This document shows, piece by piece, positions 13,211 to 26,862 of a DNA stretch of 64,000 nucleotides. A program made the position numbers and the translations under genes. How positions within the stretch are numbered: position 1 is the first letter of the stretch; each line of letters begins with the position of its first letter. The notes under the pieces are model-generated. The model did no database searches, was not told where the DNA came from, and saw only the letters and a list, made by a program, of their open reading frames with translations. Source of the stretch: Eledone cirrhosa (taxonomy: Eukaryota); the NCBI GenBank assembly GCA_964016885.1, contig OZ024761.1:19220001-19284000 (forward strand), written 5' to 3'.

Positions 13211-14574
13211 GAGTCCCGGGTTCAACCGAGGTAACCACAGTAAGTGCTCAATACATTAGATAGAAATGACTTCTACAAGACTAGAACTGCTGTTTCATTC
13301 GAAAGAAATCATCAGGAAAGAGTTTTCCTGGTGATTTTTTAAAAATAAAACAGTTCTAGTCCTGTAGAAGTCATTTCTGTATTAAATAATAGATAAATAT
13401 TAAATAATATATATGTATACATATACATATATATATATATAATATTTAATATATATACATATATAAATATGGAGGGTACTCCGTCGTTTATGACGATGAT
13501 TGTTCGAGTTGATACAATCAACGGTACAGCCTGCTCGTGAAATTAACGTTCAAGTGGCTGAGCATTCCACAAATATGCGTACCCCTAATGTAGTTCTCAG
13601 GGAGATTCGGCATGACACAGAATGCGACAAGGCCGGTTCTTTGTATTACAGGTACAACGCATTTTACCAGCTGAGTGAACTGGATCAACGTGAAATAAAG
13701 TGTCTTGCTCAAGGACACAGCGCGCCGCCGGAAATCGAAATCACAACTCAGCCATATATCTGTGTGTGTGTGTGTGTGTGTGCGTATATGTGTATGTATA
13801 TATATATATATATATGTGTGTGTGCGCGAGCGCGGCTTTCGTGTCAAATGGCTGAGAGAACAAATTTTTTTCATACCTACAGCTGTCTAGTTTCTTCCAA
13901 ATACCATCATCACCACCCACAGAGAAAGATCTTTGAATACACTTATGGCGGCAGAGCACAGTGTTCTCTCAGATTCAGACAAAAATATATCTTAATATTT
14001 TCTCACTCTGACAGAGATAGAAATAGGGAAAAACCAGCGTTCCTTCGCCGCCATGTTTCGTTGTTTGTTCTTTTCACTATCGTCTGCTTTTCTTGGAAAA
14101 AATAGTTATCTCCCCTTATATTCCCTACCTCCCGCTCTATGTCTGTGTGTGTGGGCGTGTGAGTGTGTGTGTGTATATATATATATATATAAAAAAAATG
14201 AAAAGAAAGAAGAATACTGCCTGGGTCCACATAGGTTACATATGATAAAATTACTCCTTCGTCAGTGATTTGCCAACCATCATTGATATTTCATCGCATT
14301 AAAAATCATATACCTCAGGTTGGTGCGAGCAATAACTAAAAAAAGCTATTGGGACAAGTAAATCGCGTAAAGCGAGTGAGACAAGTAAACAACATAGAAG
14401 GATGAAAGCAACGCAAATTTATATATATATAAATGAAGTATTTCCGTCAGAAAAGTACAGAAAAAAAGAGTGCTCTATGTAGGCTACAGAGCTTATTTGT
14501 TATGTAATAAACGACATAAGATAATTACATTCTTTTTATGACGTGTTCAATTTATTATTTTGTTGTTTATTACA

Positions 14575-14616
<42 letters not shown>

Positions 14617-15047
14617 CACGCACGCATACATATATATATACACACACACACACATATATATATATACACACACACACAGTGTCAGGTGATGCTTTTGGTG
14701 AGAGTGCTTAGTTGTTCCAGTGTCTTAGCCACGCCATCACCCGGCCGTGCCGGGATATCAGGTGATGCTCCTGGTGAGGGTGTTCGGTTATTTCAGTGCC
14801 TTAGCCTCGCCATGACCCACAGTAATTTTGGGAGTTTGTTGTCTTACCTCACAAATTTCCTATGACCCTTGTGATGTGTTATTGTGACCGATTGACGCAC
14901 TTAGTTTTGAATTGATATATATGGTTTCATATATATATCTATATCTATATATATAAAGTATTTCCGTAGAAAGGGTAAAAGAAGGGAGATTGCTCTATGT
15001 ATACTACAGAGCTATTTAATTACGTAATAAACAACACTATACTATTA

Positions 15048-15120
15048 TTCCATTTACCAAAGGTTTCCCGAAGACGGGCGAGCTCAACAGAGACGTCTGA
15101 AATCGTTCATCAGAAGGAAA
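15048..15120 (-). ncRNA. Hammerhead ribozyme motif, imperfect
   Basis: Minus strand TTCCTT-CTGATGA-ACGA..TCGG-GAAA-CCTTTGG-TA-AATGGAA; A.G mismatch at the base of stem II. Confidence 0.55.
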
Positions 15121-16293
15121 ATTTTAATATATTAAAATGTAAACCTTTTGTAAATGGAATAATTGTATTGTGTTGTTTATTATTCATATATATATATACA
15201 TATTCCTCTCGCTTAGTTTATATATTTTTATTATATCTATAAGGCTCCTAGCAATAATGTCTGAAGTATATATCTTAAATATGGTCATTTCGTATCCGGT
15301 AAGAGCAATTAGACTCATACCAAGGTTGAGATTATCCTCTTCTGAGTATCGAGAATCACTTGGTATCGATGCCTCCCAGATGGGCATCAATACGAGAAGC
15401 GATATTAAACTTATTTATATATATTTACTATGTATACACAAGTAACAGTCTATATACAGTGTATATACACTATATATATACACTATATATACAGATATCT
15501 CCCAGATGGGCATCAATACGAGAACCGATAGTTAAACTTATGTGTATATATATATATATATACATACATACAAAAGTAACAGTGTATATACACCACTATA
15601 CAGTCTATATATACACCATATATATATCTTAAGTATGGTCATTTTGTACCCGGACTCATACCAAGATAGAGATGATCATCTTCTCAGTATCGATGCCTCC
15701 CAGTCGGGTATAAACATCAATAGCGATAGTTAAACTTGAGCGGGAGATTGGTCGATCCCTACTCCAACTTTGACTTTAAAATGTTGACTGTTATATTTGT
15801 GTTTATATTTTCATTCTAATAGAATTGTGAGTAATTTGTACTGTTATCTATGTATGAACATATTTGAAACTTCTGAAATAATTGTTAACAATTTGTAATG
15901 TTATTTATACACCTGTGAATAAAAAATATATCCATTTATAAAACTGAATAAAACCTTTTAACTATATATGGAAGTATTGTGTTAACAACTCAATTTCGCA
16001 GCAACGCTTCTCATTCAAAAACTCTTGTCATATATAAAAATCATTCTTAATTTAAATCTTCTCATATACACTGTATATTGTTTTAATTAATTTATATTCT
16101 ATATATTATTTAAACTAATTTAGGACAGCATTTTATTTATTTTTGTTTTGAAATATTCGCTTCAAAAATACAAGACTATATATACACACAGGCCTTTGTC
16201 ATATTACAATATCTCGATGAATTTCGATGAACAAATTGGAAGATGATGTTTGTAATGTCGATGTTTGCAAAAATATGTCATAAATATACCAAC

Positions 16294-16377
16294 CGCTTCT
16301 AATACTTCGCCATATTCAGATATTTCTTGTTCAATTGCTTTCTTTTTTTTAACAAGTTGATCCATTTTCGCAGACAT
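16294..16377 (-). CDS. PSMD9: PSMD9 (26S proteasome assembly chaperone p27/Nas2) exon 1 of 6
   Basis: ATG at 16377; MSAKMDQLVKKKKAIEQEISEYGEVLEA then gttggt donor. Join 16377-16294,12411-12309,8592-8381,7098-6997,6656-6568,2070-2049 = 612 nt, 203 aa plus stop, all phases consistent. Confidence 0.88.
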
Positions 16378-17120
16378 GTTGCCAGCTCTGACTTAGCAAC
16401 AGCCGCCAGTCGTACAATATGGCTCCTTCTACATGGTCGTTCACAACTGCTAGAAATAGCAGTTAAAGTGAAATTACCTCACATCACACACACTACCATC
16501 ATCCCTCAGCAGAGGAATTATATATATATATAACATAAGTCAGTAATAGTGCAATGTATCTATCTACCTATCTCTCTCTCTCTATATATATATATAGTAA
16601 ATGGTTTAAACAAAATTTTATTGTTAACTATGTTGTATATATAAATATATATATAATGCGTGTGCGTGCCAAAAATCATCGATACATAATTGTTTTTACT
16701 TTTGGCACAAGGCCAGCAATTACACAGTACATTACTGGTACTTTATTTTATCGACCCCGTAAGGATGAAAGGCAAAGTTAACCTCGGCGGGATTTGAACT
16801 CATCGATATATAATTGTTTCTACTTTAGGCACAAAGCCAGCAATTACCCAATGCATTACTGGTACTTTATTTTATCGACCCCGTAAGGATGAAAGGCAAA
16901 GTTAACCTCGGCGGGGTTTGAACTCATCGATATATAATATAAAACACACAGACATGTACACACACAACGAAGTACTATTGAGTTATCTGCCCGCTAGATA
17001 TCACATTCAATCGCTAGGTGGTGTCAGTATTTATCACTGGTTCAACTCCCTTTTTAAACTCTCTTTACTTGACACTCTTACTCTGTCTTCCTCTCTTCTT
17101 AAAATCCTGATCAATTCAAG
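16378..17120. promoter_or_regulatory. Probable bidirectional promoter region PSMD9/SSR3
   Basis: Divergent start codons 743 bp apart; transcription starts not mapped. Confidence 0.6.
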
Positions 17121-17268
17121 ATGGTCAGTAATCGCAGCTCTGGACACAAACAGAATAAATTGACCCGAGAGGAGGAACTCCTACTGCAGGATTTCAGCCG
17201 TGATGTCTCAACTAAATCCTCTGCTTTGTTCTACGGGAATGCTATGATTATTTCTACTATTCCAATCT
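17121..17268 (+). CDS. SSR3: SSR3 (translocon-associated protein gamma) exon 1 of 5
   Basis: [49 protein letters not shown]|gtaagt. Join 17121-17268,19224-19350,20960-21052,22583-22714,23570-23636 = 567 nt, 188 aa plus stop. Confidence 0.96.
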
Positions 17269-17952
17269 GTAAGTTTATATATATAAATTCATCTAATGCC
17301 ACGTCACCCTTATTTTTGGTAACATGTCTAAATAAAAACTTCAACATATGTATATCTATCTCGATTTCTCTCCTTTATATATCTTCTATTTTGTTTTTGT
17401 TAATTCAGATATATTGATTTAATTTAATCTTAATAATATTAACGATCGGCAATAGATTTGCTTCAACCATATTGCGGGGGTGTTGTGTTGTGTTGTGTGT
17501 TGTGATGTGTTACGGAGGAGTTGAAAATCTGATCGTGTTGGCTCAAGAAATATAAACATACATATGTGTATACACACATTATATATATAATAATAATAAT
17601 AAAGATGAAGTGCTAGATCTTCATTACGTTTATTGAGGTGTGACACGAGTTTCGCGATTGATCATCTCAAGGTTCGATCTGACCCGACTCTGGAATCAAA
17701 AGCTCATCGGACTTGTTGTGGTAATGACAATCCTAAATATATATATATATATATTTAATTATGTAAATAATTAAATAGCTCTGTACTATACATAGAGCAC
17801 TCTTTCCGTTACCTTTTCCACGGAAATACTTAATACACACACACACACACATATATATATTTAGGATTCTGTCATTATACATATATATATTACTAGTTTG
17901 ACTTAACCAAGGACTACTAGCGGTTTCGAGACGAAAATAAGTTAAATGATGA

Positions 17953-17987
<35 letters not shown>

Positions 17988-18529
17988 GTGGTGGGGGGGA
18001 TTAAATCTTCATCGGTTCCCTCGAGTGTTCCAGTTGAAATGACCAATTTGGTTTGTACCAATCCATGCTAGCATGGAAAAACGGATATTTCAGCTTGGTC
18101 ACTTCATCTAGTTTCCAGATGAAACAACTAAGCTAAAACTTCGAAGACACTATTCACTTTAATAGAAAATGAATTTATAAATTTCTACACTCTACACACC
18201 AGTATTGAGTGCTCATTCAGTTACTGTTTGAATATTTCAAATAAAACAGTATTTAAAACATATTTTAATATCTATCTATTACTGTCTGCAATTGGTGCCA
18301 TGTAATCCAGCACAACTTGCTTCATGGTTGAGTGGTTGGTGACAAAACCAGGTCCTGATCAGGTCAGGTTTCTGTCTACTACTGGTACCATGTAGCCCAG
18401 TAAACCTCCTTCATGGTCGAGTGGTTGGCATCTGCCTATTACTGGTACCATCTAACCCAGTCTAGATGCCTTTCCTAGTGCCAACCTCATTTACAGTGAG
18501 TACTGGGTGCATTTTGTCCTGGCACCTTC

Positions 18530-19085
18530 ATGACCACTTACTTTACAGTGTGGGCTGGGTGCTTTTTGCCGTGACACCTACACAACCACTTTACAGTGTG
18601 GGCTGGGTACTTTTCACCATGGAGCCACCGTGACCACTTTACATTGTGGACTGGGTGCTTTTTGCCACGACACCTACACAACCACTTTACAGTGTGGGCT
18701 GGGTACTTTTCACCATGGAGCCACCGTGACCACTTTACATTGTGGACTGGGTGCTTTTTGCCACGACACCTACATGACCACTTTACAGTGTGGGCTGGGT
18801 ACTTTTCACCATGGAGCCACCATGACCACTTTACATTGTGGACTGGGTGCTTTTTGCCGTGACACCTACACAACCACTTTACAGTGTGGGCTGGGTACTT
18901 TTCACCATGGAGCCACCGTGACCACTTTACATTGTGGACTGGGTGCTTTTTGCCACGACACCTACACAACCACTTTACAGTGTGGGCTGGGTACTTTTCA
19001 CCATGGAGCCACCGTGACCACTTTACATTGTGGACTGGGTGCTTTTTGCCACGACACCTACATGACCACTTTACAGTGTGGAGCT
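18530..19085. repeat. 96-bp (2 x 48) tandem repeat
   Basis: ggctgggtac recurs at 18601 and 18697; subunits derive from the SINE accactttacagtgtg segment. Confidence 0.93.
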
Positions 19086-19223
19086 GGGTAGGGTTGGAGT
19101 AGGTGATGTGGGGTGGTGCATGTTATACATATGCTTCATCTTCGGTGATGATGATAATGTTTAGTTTTTATTTATCTTACTGTTCACTAAATAATCACAT
19201 CTCTCTCATTCTCTCTCTTGTAG

Positions 19224-19350
19224 GGTTGTTCTGGAGAATTCACCAGATGGATGTTTTAGAATCAGGTCTTCTCTTCATTCTTGGTACTGTGTTGAGTACC
19301 TACCTAATGGCCTATGCTTACAAAAATGTCAAATTTGTACTCAAGCACAA
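19224..19350 (+). CDS. SSR3: SSR3 exon 2
   Basis: tag|(W)LFWRIHQMDVLESGLLFILGTVLSTYLMAYAYKNVKFVLKH|gtaagt. Confidence 0.96.
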
Positions 19351-20613
19351 GTAAGTGTTGAATTTTAAGTCAAAAGTTATTCATTTAGAAGGGTAGGTTG
19401 AAAAGTTCAAAGGCTAGAACTGAAATCTTGCATGCATTAATTTCAACTCTTCTTATTGTTTCTCTCACTGTTCACTGAACAATCATTTCTCTCAACTAAC
19501 TACTCTTAAAATTAAAGAATTTCATTACACCTGTCTTTACAGTTAAGCTTGTTTAATCCTTTAACATTTACATTACTCTATATTTACTATTATATTTTCA
19601 CGGTAAAGGCTTTATCTCACATAATATTGAATCTATGAGATGTTGATATTATTTATTTTGAGAACAACACCTTAACATCAGTATGAGCTACCGGTTGCAG
19701 CCAGTTTAAACAGAAAGAGGTGAGAGAATTCTGGCTGGTTTAACCCTTCAGCATTTAAACCGGCCATATCCAGGCATAATTCTCTCATCTCTTTTTGTTC
19801 AAACTGAGCATAATTCGCCACTCATACTGATGTTAAGGTATTGTTCTCAAAATAAATATCATCAAAATCTCATAGATTTAATATTATATGAGGTAAAGTT
19901 TTTACCACAAAAATACAATAGTATATATAGAGTAATATAAACTAAAGGGTTAAAAGTTAGTATTTAAACATGTTAAAGATTTCAGTTTTCTCTAGTTTAA
20001 TTCCATAGTGTGTATATTTACACATTTTACACAGCCTCAATCAAATCTTACACTGTTTCTGTACAGTTGGGAATATATCTCGGTTACTTACAGCAGAAGT
20101 TGTAATTGAAAGTGCATGACTTAGTGCTAAGAACATTGGGCTTGCAATCAAGAGGGGAGTTCAATTCTCAGACTGGGTGATGCATTGTGTCCTAGCACGT
20201 AGCTCTCCAATTCACTCAGCTGTAGAAATGAGTTGTGACGTCACTGGTGCCATACTGTATCGGCCATTGCCTTTCATTTGGTTGTGGAGAAGGGCAACTG
20301 GTATGCATGAGTGACTGCTGGTCTTCCACAAACAATCTTGTCCAGACATGTACCTCAAAGGGGAACTTTCTAGATGCAAATCCATGGTCATTTGTGACCG
20401 AAGGAGGTCTTTATCCCTTTACTGCACAATTTGTATCTAATAGTTATATTGACATATCTTTATATTTAGATTGTCAATACAATCAACATAATAGAGCCTT
20501 ATCTTTATGTATCCGTCCAACCCATGCAAGCGTAGAAAAAATGATGATTATATTGTCTAAACACTATTGCCGTGTCTTTTATCCTTATATATTATATATG
20601 TACATCATATATA

Positions 20614-20905
20614 CAGTGTACCCGAAGCATTCGCAGAATTTTCCTTAGAACCTAACTAATAATTGTTTGTAAAAACCACCGCATATTTGTGGAATTGTAA
20701 ATAACTTCCCACAATTTTTTTTATGGAGTTTTTCATGGCAATATATATATATTTTTTTAACGCTAAATTATTAATAACAATATACTGTATTTGCTGGCCT
20801 ATATTTTATGTTATGTTTTGACGTTTATAGCCATTTTTATGGACCATGTCCAATATTCGCGGCTGCTCAAGCAGTGTAACCCCCGTGAATACTAGGGGAC
20901 AACTG
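20614..20905. mobile_element. Tc1/mariner-type MITE
   Basis: Imperfect TIRs CAGTGTACCCGAAGCATTCGC / GTGAATACTAGGGGACAACTG with TA flanks. Confidence 0.55.
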
Positions 20906-20959
20906 TATATACATTTTATATACATCCTAACAACAATGGTATGTTTTTTTCATCTTCAG

Positions 20960-21052
20960 AGTTGCCCAGAAGAGAGAGTCTGCTGTCAGCAATGAAATGA
21001 TGAAAAAGTTGGCTGATGACAAAAAGATGAATAAGAAGGAAAAAGATGAGAG
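20960..21052 (+). CDS. SSR3: SSR3 exon 3
   Basis: cag|(K)VAQKRESAVSNEMMKKLADDKKMNKKEKDE|gtgatt. Confidence 0.95.
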
Positions 21053-21199
21053 GTGATTATTTTTATTTGTTTTATTTGTAGGGATGTGAGTAACCTTTTT
21101 AGTCCCAGGGGCAAAAGATTGGAAATGCATAAATTAATTTGTTATGAGGGTTGGAGTGTGGTTGATTTTATGCATATATATATGAAAAGAGATCATTAA

Positions 21200-21650
21200 G
21201 AATACAATCGCAAATGCAAGTGGCCAAAATACGATTCCTCCGAAGTGTCTTTGGAGTAACATTACTTGATAGAGTGCGTAGCTCGTAGATCAGAGAGTCA
21301 CTCCAGGTAGAGCCGTTACTTCTCCGAACTGTGAGATTACAGCTCCGACGCTATGGACATGTGGTTAGAATATCTCAGGAAAGAATCGCTGGTCAGATTT
21401 GTAGTTTGGAGATCAGAGAGTCACTACTTCTCCGAATTGAGAGATCACAGATCACAGCAAAAACAACTGGCAAGAGACCCATGAGTAGACCCCGATCAAG
21501 ATGGTTGGATAACATCCATGAGCTTGGCTGGTCTTGCTTGGTAGGTGTCCAACTTGATCATTTGGAGACGGTTGCTTCTGACAGGACCAGCTGGAAGGAG
21601 TGTCTGAGGACTCTGCTGCCACAACCCTCTCAAGAATAAGTGAGTGAAAA
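21200..21650 (+). mobile_element. Degenerate RTE LINE 3' fragment
   Basis: QLRRYGHVVRISQERI..RPRSRWLDNIHELGWS. Confidence 0.8.
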
Positions 21651-22582
21651 GGAGATCGATGTATAATGATCATACAGCTCTATGAGAGAATTGAAGCTAA
21701 ATATCCAAGACTTCAGGACACTGCCAATCTCACAGGAACCCATGCTGACAGGAGAGGCTCAGTTTTAGCATGAATGAAAACATTTTAGAATATTTCCTTC
21801 CCTCATCACACACTCTATTACATATTCCAGTTGACAGGCTGAGGCCATGCTGGGGCACCGCCATTGATGCAAAGGGGAGTTTGTTGCTACTGCCCTTATT
21901 TGCACCTCACCTTGTGCTATGGGTTGATCCGGCATCTTTGTTAGTAGAATGTCAAGATGTCTCTTGAAATCATCTACATGCATACTATGTATGTATATAT
22001 ATATATATATATAAAATATATATATATCTCACACTGTAAAGTGGTGATGATGGTGACACGGCAAAAAGCACCCAGTATATGTACACCACGTAGATCTCTC
22101 AGATTTTTTGGCAGCTTATTAAAAAGCTGAGGTCCCTTCAACTCCACACTATTGCAGTATGTGGTCCTTATTCTATCTTTTTATCTTCCATGAATTCTAA
22201 AGTAAAAATAAATTTGAACGTTTTTGACAGACAGACAGATAGGCTGGACAGTTATTATAATATAATATAATTTATCATCATTTTATGTCCGCTTTTTCCT
22301 GCTTGCAAGGGTGGGACGGGAACTGATTCTGGCTTGATTTCTACAGTTGGATGCCCTTCCTAACACCAACCTCATTTACAGTGAGTGCTGGGTGATTTTT
22401 TTGCCGTGGCACCTCCACGACCACTTTGCAGTGGAATGATAGGGACCCCAGTCCCTATCATCTCATTTCTACAGCTGAGTAAACTGGAGCAATGTGAAAT
22501 AAAGTGTCTTGCTCAAGGAAACAACACATCACCCGGTCTGAGAATAATATAATATAATATTGTTTTGTTTTTTTGTTTTTAG

Positions 22583-22714
22583 AATATTGTGGAAAAAGAA
22601 TGAAGTAGCTGACTATGAGGCGACAACATTCTCCATCTTCTACAACAATGCCCTCTACCTGGCTCTCCTCATTGTCATCTCATTCCTTATAATGAAAAGT
22701 CTCAACTCCACCGT
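22583..22714 (+). CDS. SSR3: SSR3 exon 4
   Basis: tag|(R)[43 protein letters not shown]|GTATCCTTT (U12-type donor). Confidence 0.96.
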
Positions 22715-23569
22715 GTATCCTTTTGCTTCATATATATATATCTAATCATTATCATTTAATGTCCACTTTCCATGCTAGCATGGGTTAGGTTAGGTGACCA
22801 TGTTTTACTCATATAGAACTGTTTTTGGCTAGGTTACTACGGCTGGATGCCCTTCCTAACGCCAACCACATTTAGAGTGTGGGATGGGTGCTTTTTGTTA
22901 TGACTCCTATACGACCACCTTATAGTGTGGGATGGGTGCTTTTTATCATGAAGCTTGCACAACCACTTTACAGTGTTTTTATATATATATCATCATTACC
23001 GTTTAATGCCTTACTTTTCCATGCTTGCATGGGTTAGACGAGACGTCCATGTTATGAGACAGTCTGGCCAGTTGACCTCGCCATTCCTTGCTCAAATAGA
23101 ACTATATTTTGGCCGGGGTTTTTTATTTACAGCTGGATGCCCTTCTTAATGCCGATCACATTTACAGTGTGGAACTGGGTGGTCCTATAACGAAGAGGGT
23201 CTGGCTAGTTGGCCACGTCAAACCTTGCTCATACTTGGTGGGGTTTAACCCTGCGATAGACAGGCACCCTGTCTAGGAGGGTCTTGTACTCTCAGTCACT
23301 TAACACTACGGAAACTGGAATAAGCACCGGCCTGAATAGCCTCTGGGTTTGAGGCAGTACCCCATTTTGGTGCTCTTTAAGGTGCTGCCCCAACATGTCC
23401 ACCACAGCTCTTTCTGAAAGTGGTGCGGTGCTCCAGCATGTCAAAACCCCAATAATTGATGCCTTCTTTAAGTCGGTGCCCTAGCATCACTACACCCCTA
23501 ATAACTGAGACCAAGAAACGTATAAAACTAAACACATTTCTAATGTTATATTTCTTAACCAAATCCCAG
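22715..23569 (+). other. SSR3: U12-type (minor spliceosome) GT-AG intron in SSR3
   Basis: Donor GTATCCTTTT; branch point TTTCTTAAC at 23551-23559 ending about 10 nt before the CAG; no polypyrimidine tract. Confidence 0.93.
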
Positions 23570-23636
23570 TAATTATCTATTTTCAGTGATAGTTTCAGCA
23601 GGACTTTTGGCTCTTTCGTCCACCAGCACCAAATAA
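23570..23636 (+). CDS. SSR3: SSR3 exon 5 (terminal coding part)
   Basis: (V)NYLFSVIVSAGLLALSSTSTK*; AATAAA overlaps the stop and recurs near 23671. Confidence 0.94.
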
Positions 23637-25839
23637 ATTTCTTTTCTTTTAAAAAAAAAAAAACTAATGAAATAAATAAAAAAAAAATTAATTTGTTTGT
23701 TTGTTGTTCTCCCTTCTTCTGCTGTCTTATGTTTAGTTATAGCCCTGAGTTACCCCCTAGTTGAGACTCAGCACTCCTGTGATCAAAGATGTTTGCAGCT
23801 GTTAACATCATCTCTTTTATAATGACTTTATAAACACCTTTTCAGGTATTGCCATTATATGTATCATCGTTTTTATGTCCACCAGAGATGTCTTGAGACA
23901 ATGTTGTATAGCCAGATGCCCTTCCAGGCACCAAACCTTTTAGTCGCCCCTTATAACACACTGGTGAAATTGCATGGCTTAGTGGTTAGAGCATTGGGTT
24001 TGCAATTATCAGGCTGTGAGTTCAATTCCTGGACTATGTGATGTGTTGTGTCCTTGAACAAGACACTTTATTTCACATTGCTACAGTTTACTTAACTGTA
24101 GAAAGGAGTTGCAACGTGACTGGTGTTACGATGTAGCAAGTTGGCCATGGTGTCACCATACAGTGGGATAGGTTGACCTGTCCAGGTGTAATTGGCATCA
24201 CTTTAGAGGTGCCTAGGATGTTTTTATAACAGATCCCACCCCCATCAACACCACCCTTTCTCTGTAAAGTTATGTTGGTACCACAACATCCAGTCCTAAA
24301 TAAATGAGGTCGTGTAGGTGTCACAACAAAAAAATACAGTCCATGCTGTAATGTGGCCATGTAGGTAACACGGTAAATACCTCCCAGTCCACACTGTAAA
24401 CATGGTTGGTGTTAGGAAGGGCATCCAGCCGTAGAAAACCTGCCAGATAGTCCTATACGGATGGTGATATCTCGATCCTGTCAGGTAACTATAATACAGG
24501 TGACAGGAGAAGGCAAGATTTGAACTCAGAACTCACAGCCTCATAGGGGTTTTCCTGGGTGTTTTAATACAATTCCTTAGCAAACTTCTTCACTGTTTGA
24601 CCAGGCCTCACAGGTTACACTGGCACATACACACCAGACATATACATACATAGAAACATCCCTGCTGCCAACATGCAGAGAGAAATGCCTCACACACACA
24701 ATAACATTAGTCATATACACAGCACATGCACACATACATACAAATACACCCAGAAACACCACATACATTAACATCCCTTCCTCACACACACACGATTACA
24801 CCACACCTACACCCTCACAAGTATTCCCCCACACCGCATACATTAGTATTCCCCTCCACTGACACATAGGCTTACATCTTCCACACACACCACATACCTT
24901 AGAATCCCCCCTGACATACAATCATCCACCACCACCCACACCACAATATCCACCTGATGAGACAGTAAACAACTTAGAAATAAAAGACCAAGACACAATA
25001 TAAGAAATGGAGAGATTTTTTTCAATGAAGATGAAGAATGTTATTTCATGTTGAATAATCGACACATTTGTTTTAATGAGAATTTTTTTAACCCTATTCT
25101 TTCTAACTTTTTTTTTATTAAATCCTTTTATGGTCATATGTTACCAGTTTTTTTTTTTATACCAACCCACATAAAACTGCTTCTGATTTCACCATACAAA
25201 AATATCTCTTCATGTTTAAATAAAAACCTTCCATCATAATTTCATGTAAAACCCTTTATGTTATGTTATGGCCTTAACCCTTTAGCATTTAAACCGGCCA
25301 TATCCAGTCAGAATTCTCTCACCTATTTCTGTTGTAACTGGCTGCTCATACTGATGATAAGGTATTGTTCTCAAAATAAATAATATCAAAATCTCATAGA
25401 TTCAATATTATGCGAGATAAAGCCTTTACCATGAAAATATAGTATATATAAAATAATGTAAATGCTAAAGGGTTATAAGACACACTTCAATTTGGGCTGA
25501 TATTTAACCCTTTAGTATATAAACCAGCCGCTCATACTGATGTTAAGGTATTGTTCTCAAAATAAATTATATCAAAATCTCATAAATTCAATATTATGTG
25601 AAATAAAGCTTTTACCATGAAAATACAATAGTAAATGTAAAGTAATGTAAATGCTAAAGGGTTAAATATCAACTCAATAATTATAAAGTTAAATAAATTT
25701 GACTAAATCCTTCCAAATTCTTGATTCTAAAAATTAATTAAAACACACAGCCAGTGTATTTTGTTAAAAAGATAGTATAAATTAAATTAAAAGGTTAAAC
25801 TAAAAGTTTGTTTGCAAATATAAAAACCCAAAGATGATA

Positions 25840-26680
25840 ATGTTTCTACTTTTTGGCACAAGGCTAACAATTACCCCAGTGCATTACTGGTACTTTATTT
25901 TATCAACCCCCGTAAGGATGAAAGGCAAAGTTAACCTTGGCAGGATTTGAACTCAGAACATAAAGAGCCATAACTCTATGTTGCAAAGCATGGTGTCTGA
26001 CACTCTACCAATACTGTCAATCCAACCATCCTGAATAATAATAATAATAATAATGGTTTCTAATTTAGGCACAAGGCCAGCAATTTTGGGAGAGGGGGAA
26101 AGTCGATTATATCAACCCCAGTATTTAACTGGTGCTTTATTTTATTAACCCTGTAAGGATGAAAGGCAAAGCCAACCTCGGCGGGATTTGAACTCAGACT
26201 GTAAAGGGGTGTAACTATATGCTGGGAAGCAGGGTGCCCGACACTCTACCAATACACCGCCCTTAATAATAATTGTTTCTCATTTAGGCACAAGTCCAAC
26301 AATTTGGGGGGAGGGGAAAGTCGATTAAATCAACCCCAGTGTGTGACTGGTATTTTATTTTAACCGAGCCCCATAATGATGAAAAGTAAAGTTAACCTCG
26401 GCAGGCTTTGAACTTAGAACATAAAGGGTCGTAACTCTATGCTGCAAAGCATGGTGTCCGACACTCTACAAATAATAATAATAATAATAATAATTGTTTC
26501 TACTTTAGGCACAAGGCCAGCAATTACTCCAGTACACTACTGGTACTTTATTTTATCGACCCCGTAAGGATGAAAGGCAAAGTTAACCTCGGCGGGATTT
26601 GAACTCAGACTGTAAAGGGACGCAACTCTGCTGGAAAGCATGGCGTCCGACCCTCTACCGATACTGCCAATTCACCGCCC
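25840..26680 (-). mobile_element. Cluster of four tRNA-derived SINEs (family B, (ATT)n tail)
   Basis: Repeated unit gtttcta..ggcacaaggcc..ctggtactttattttatcgaccc..gatttgaactcaga (B box on minus strand); similar clusters at 2890-3700, 42770-43590 and 60150-60480. Confidence 0.85.
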
Positions 26681-26862
26681 TTGATGATAATGATGATGAT
26701 GATGATGATAATAAAAAATAATAAGTTAGAATAGAGGAAGGGTTAAAAATAATTCTCATTACAACAAATTTGGCCAATATACTAGAGTGGTCAAATGTTA
26801 TTGCCGAACAGGAACAAGGTGGGGGGAGGGGGTACATCAGCTGGCATGTGACCAATGACCAC

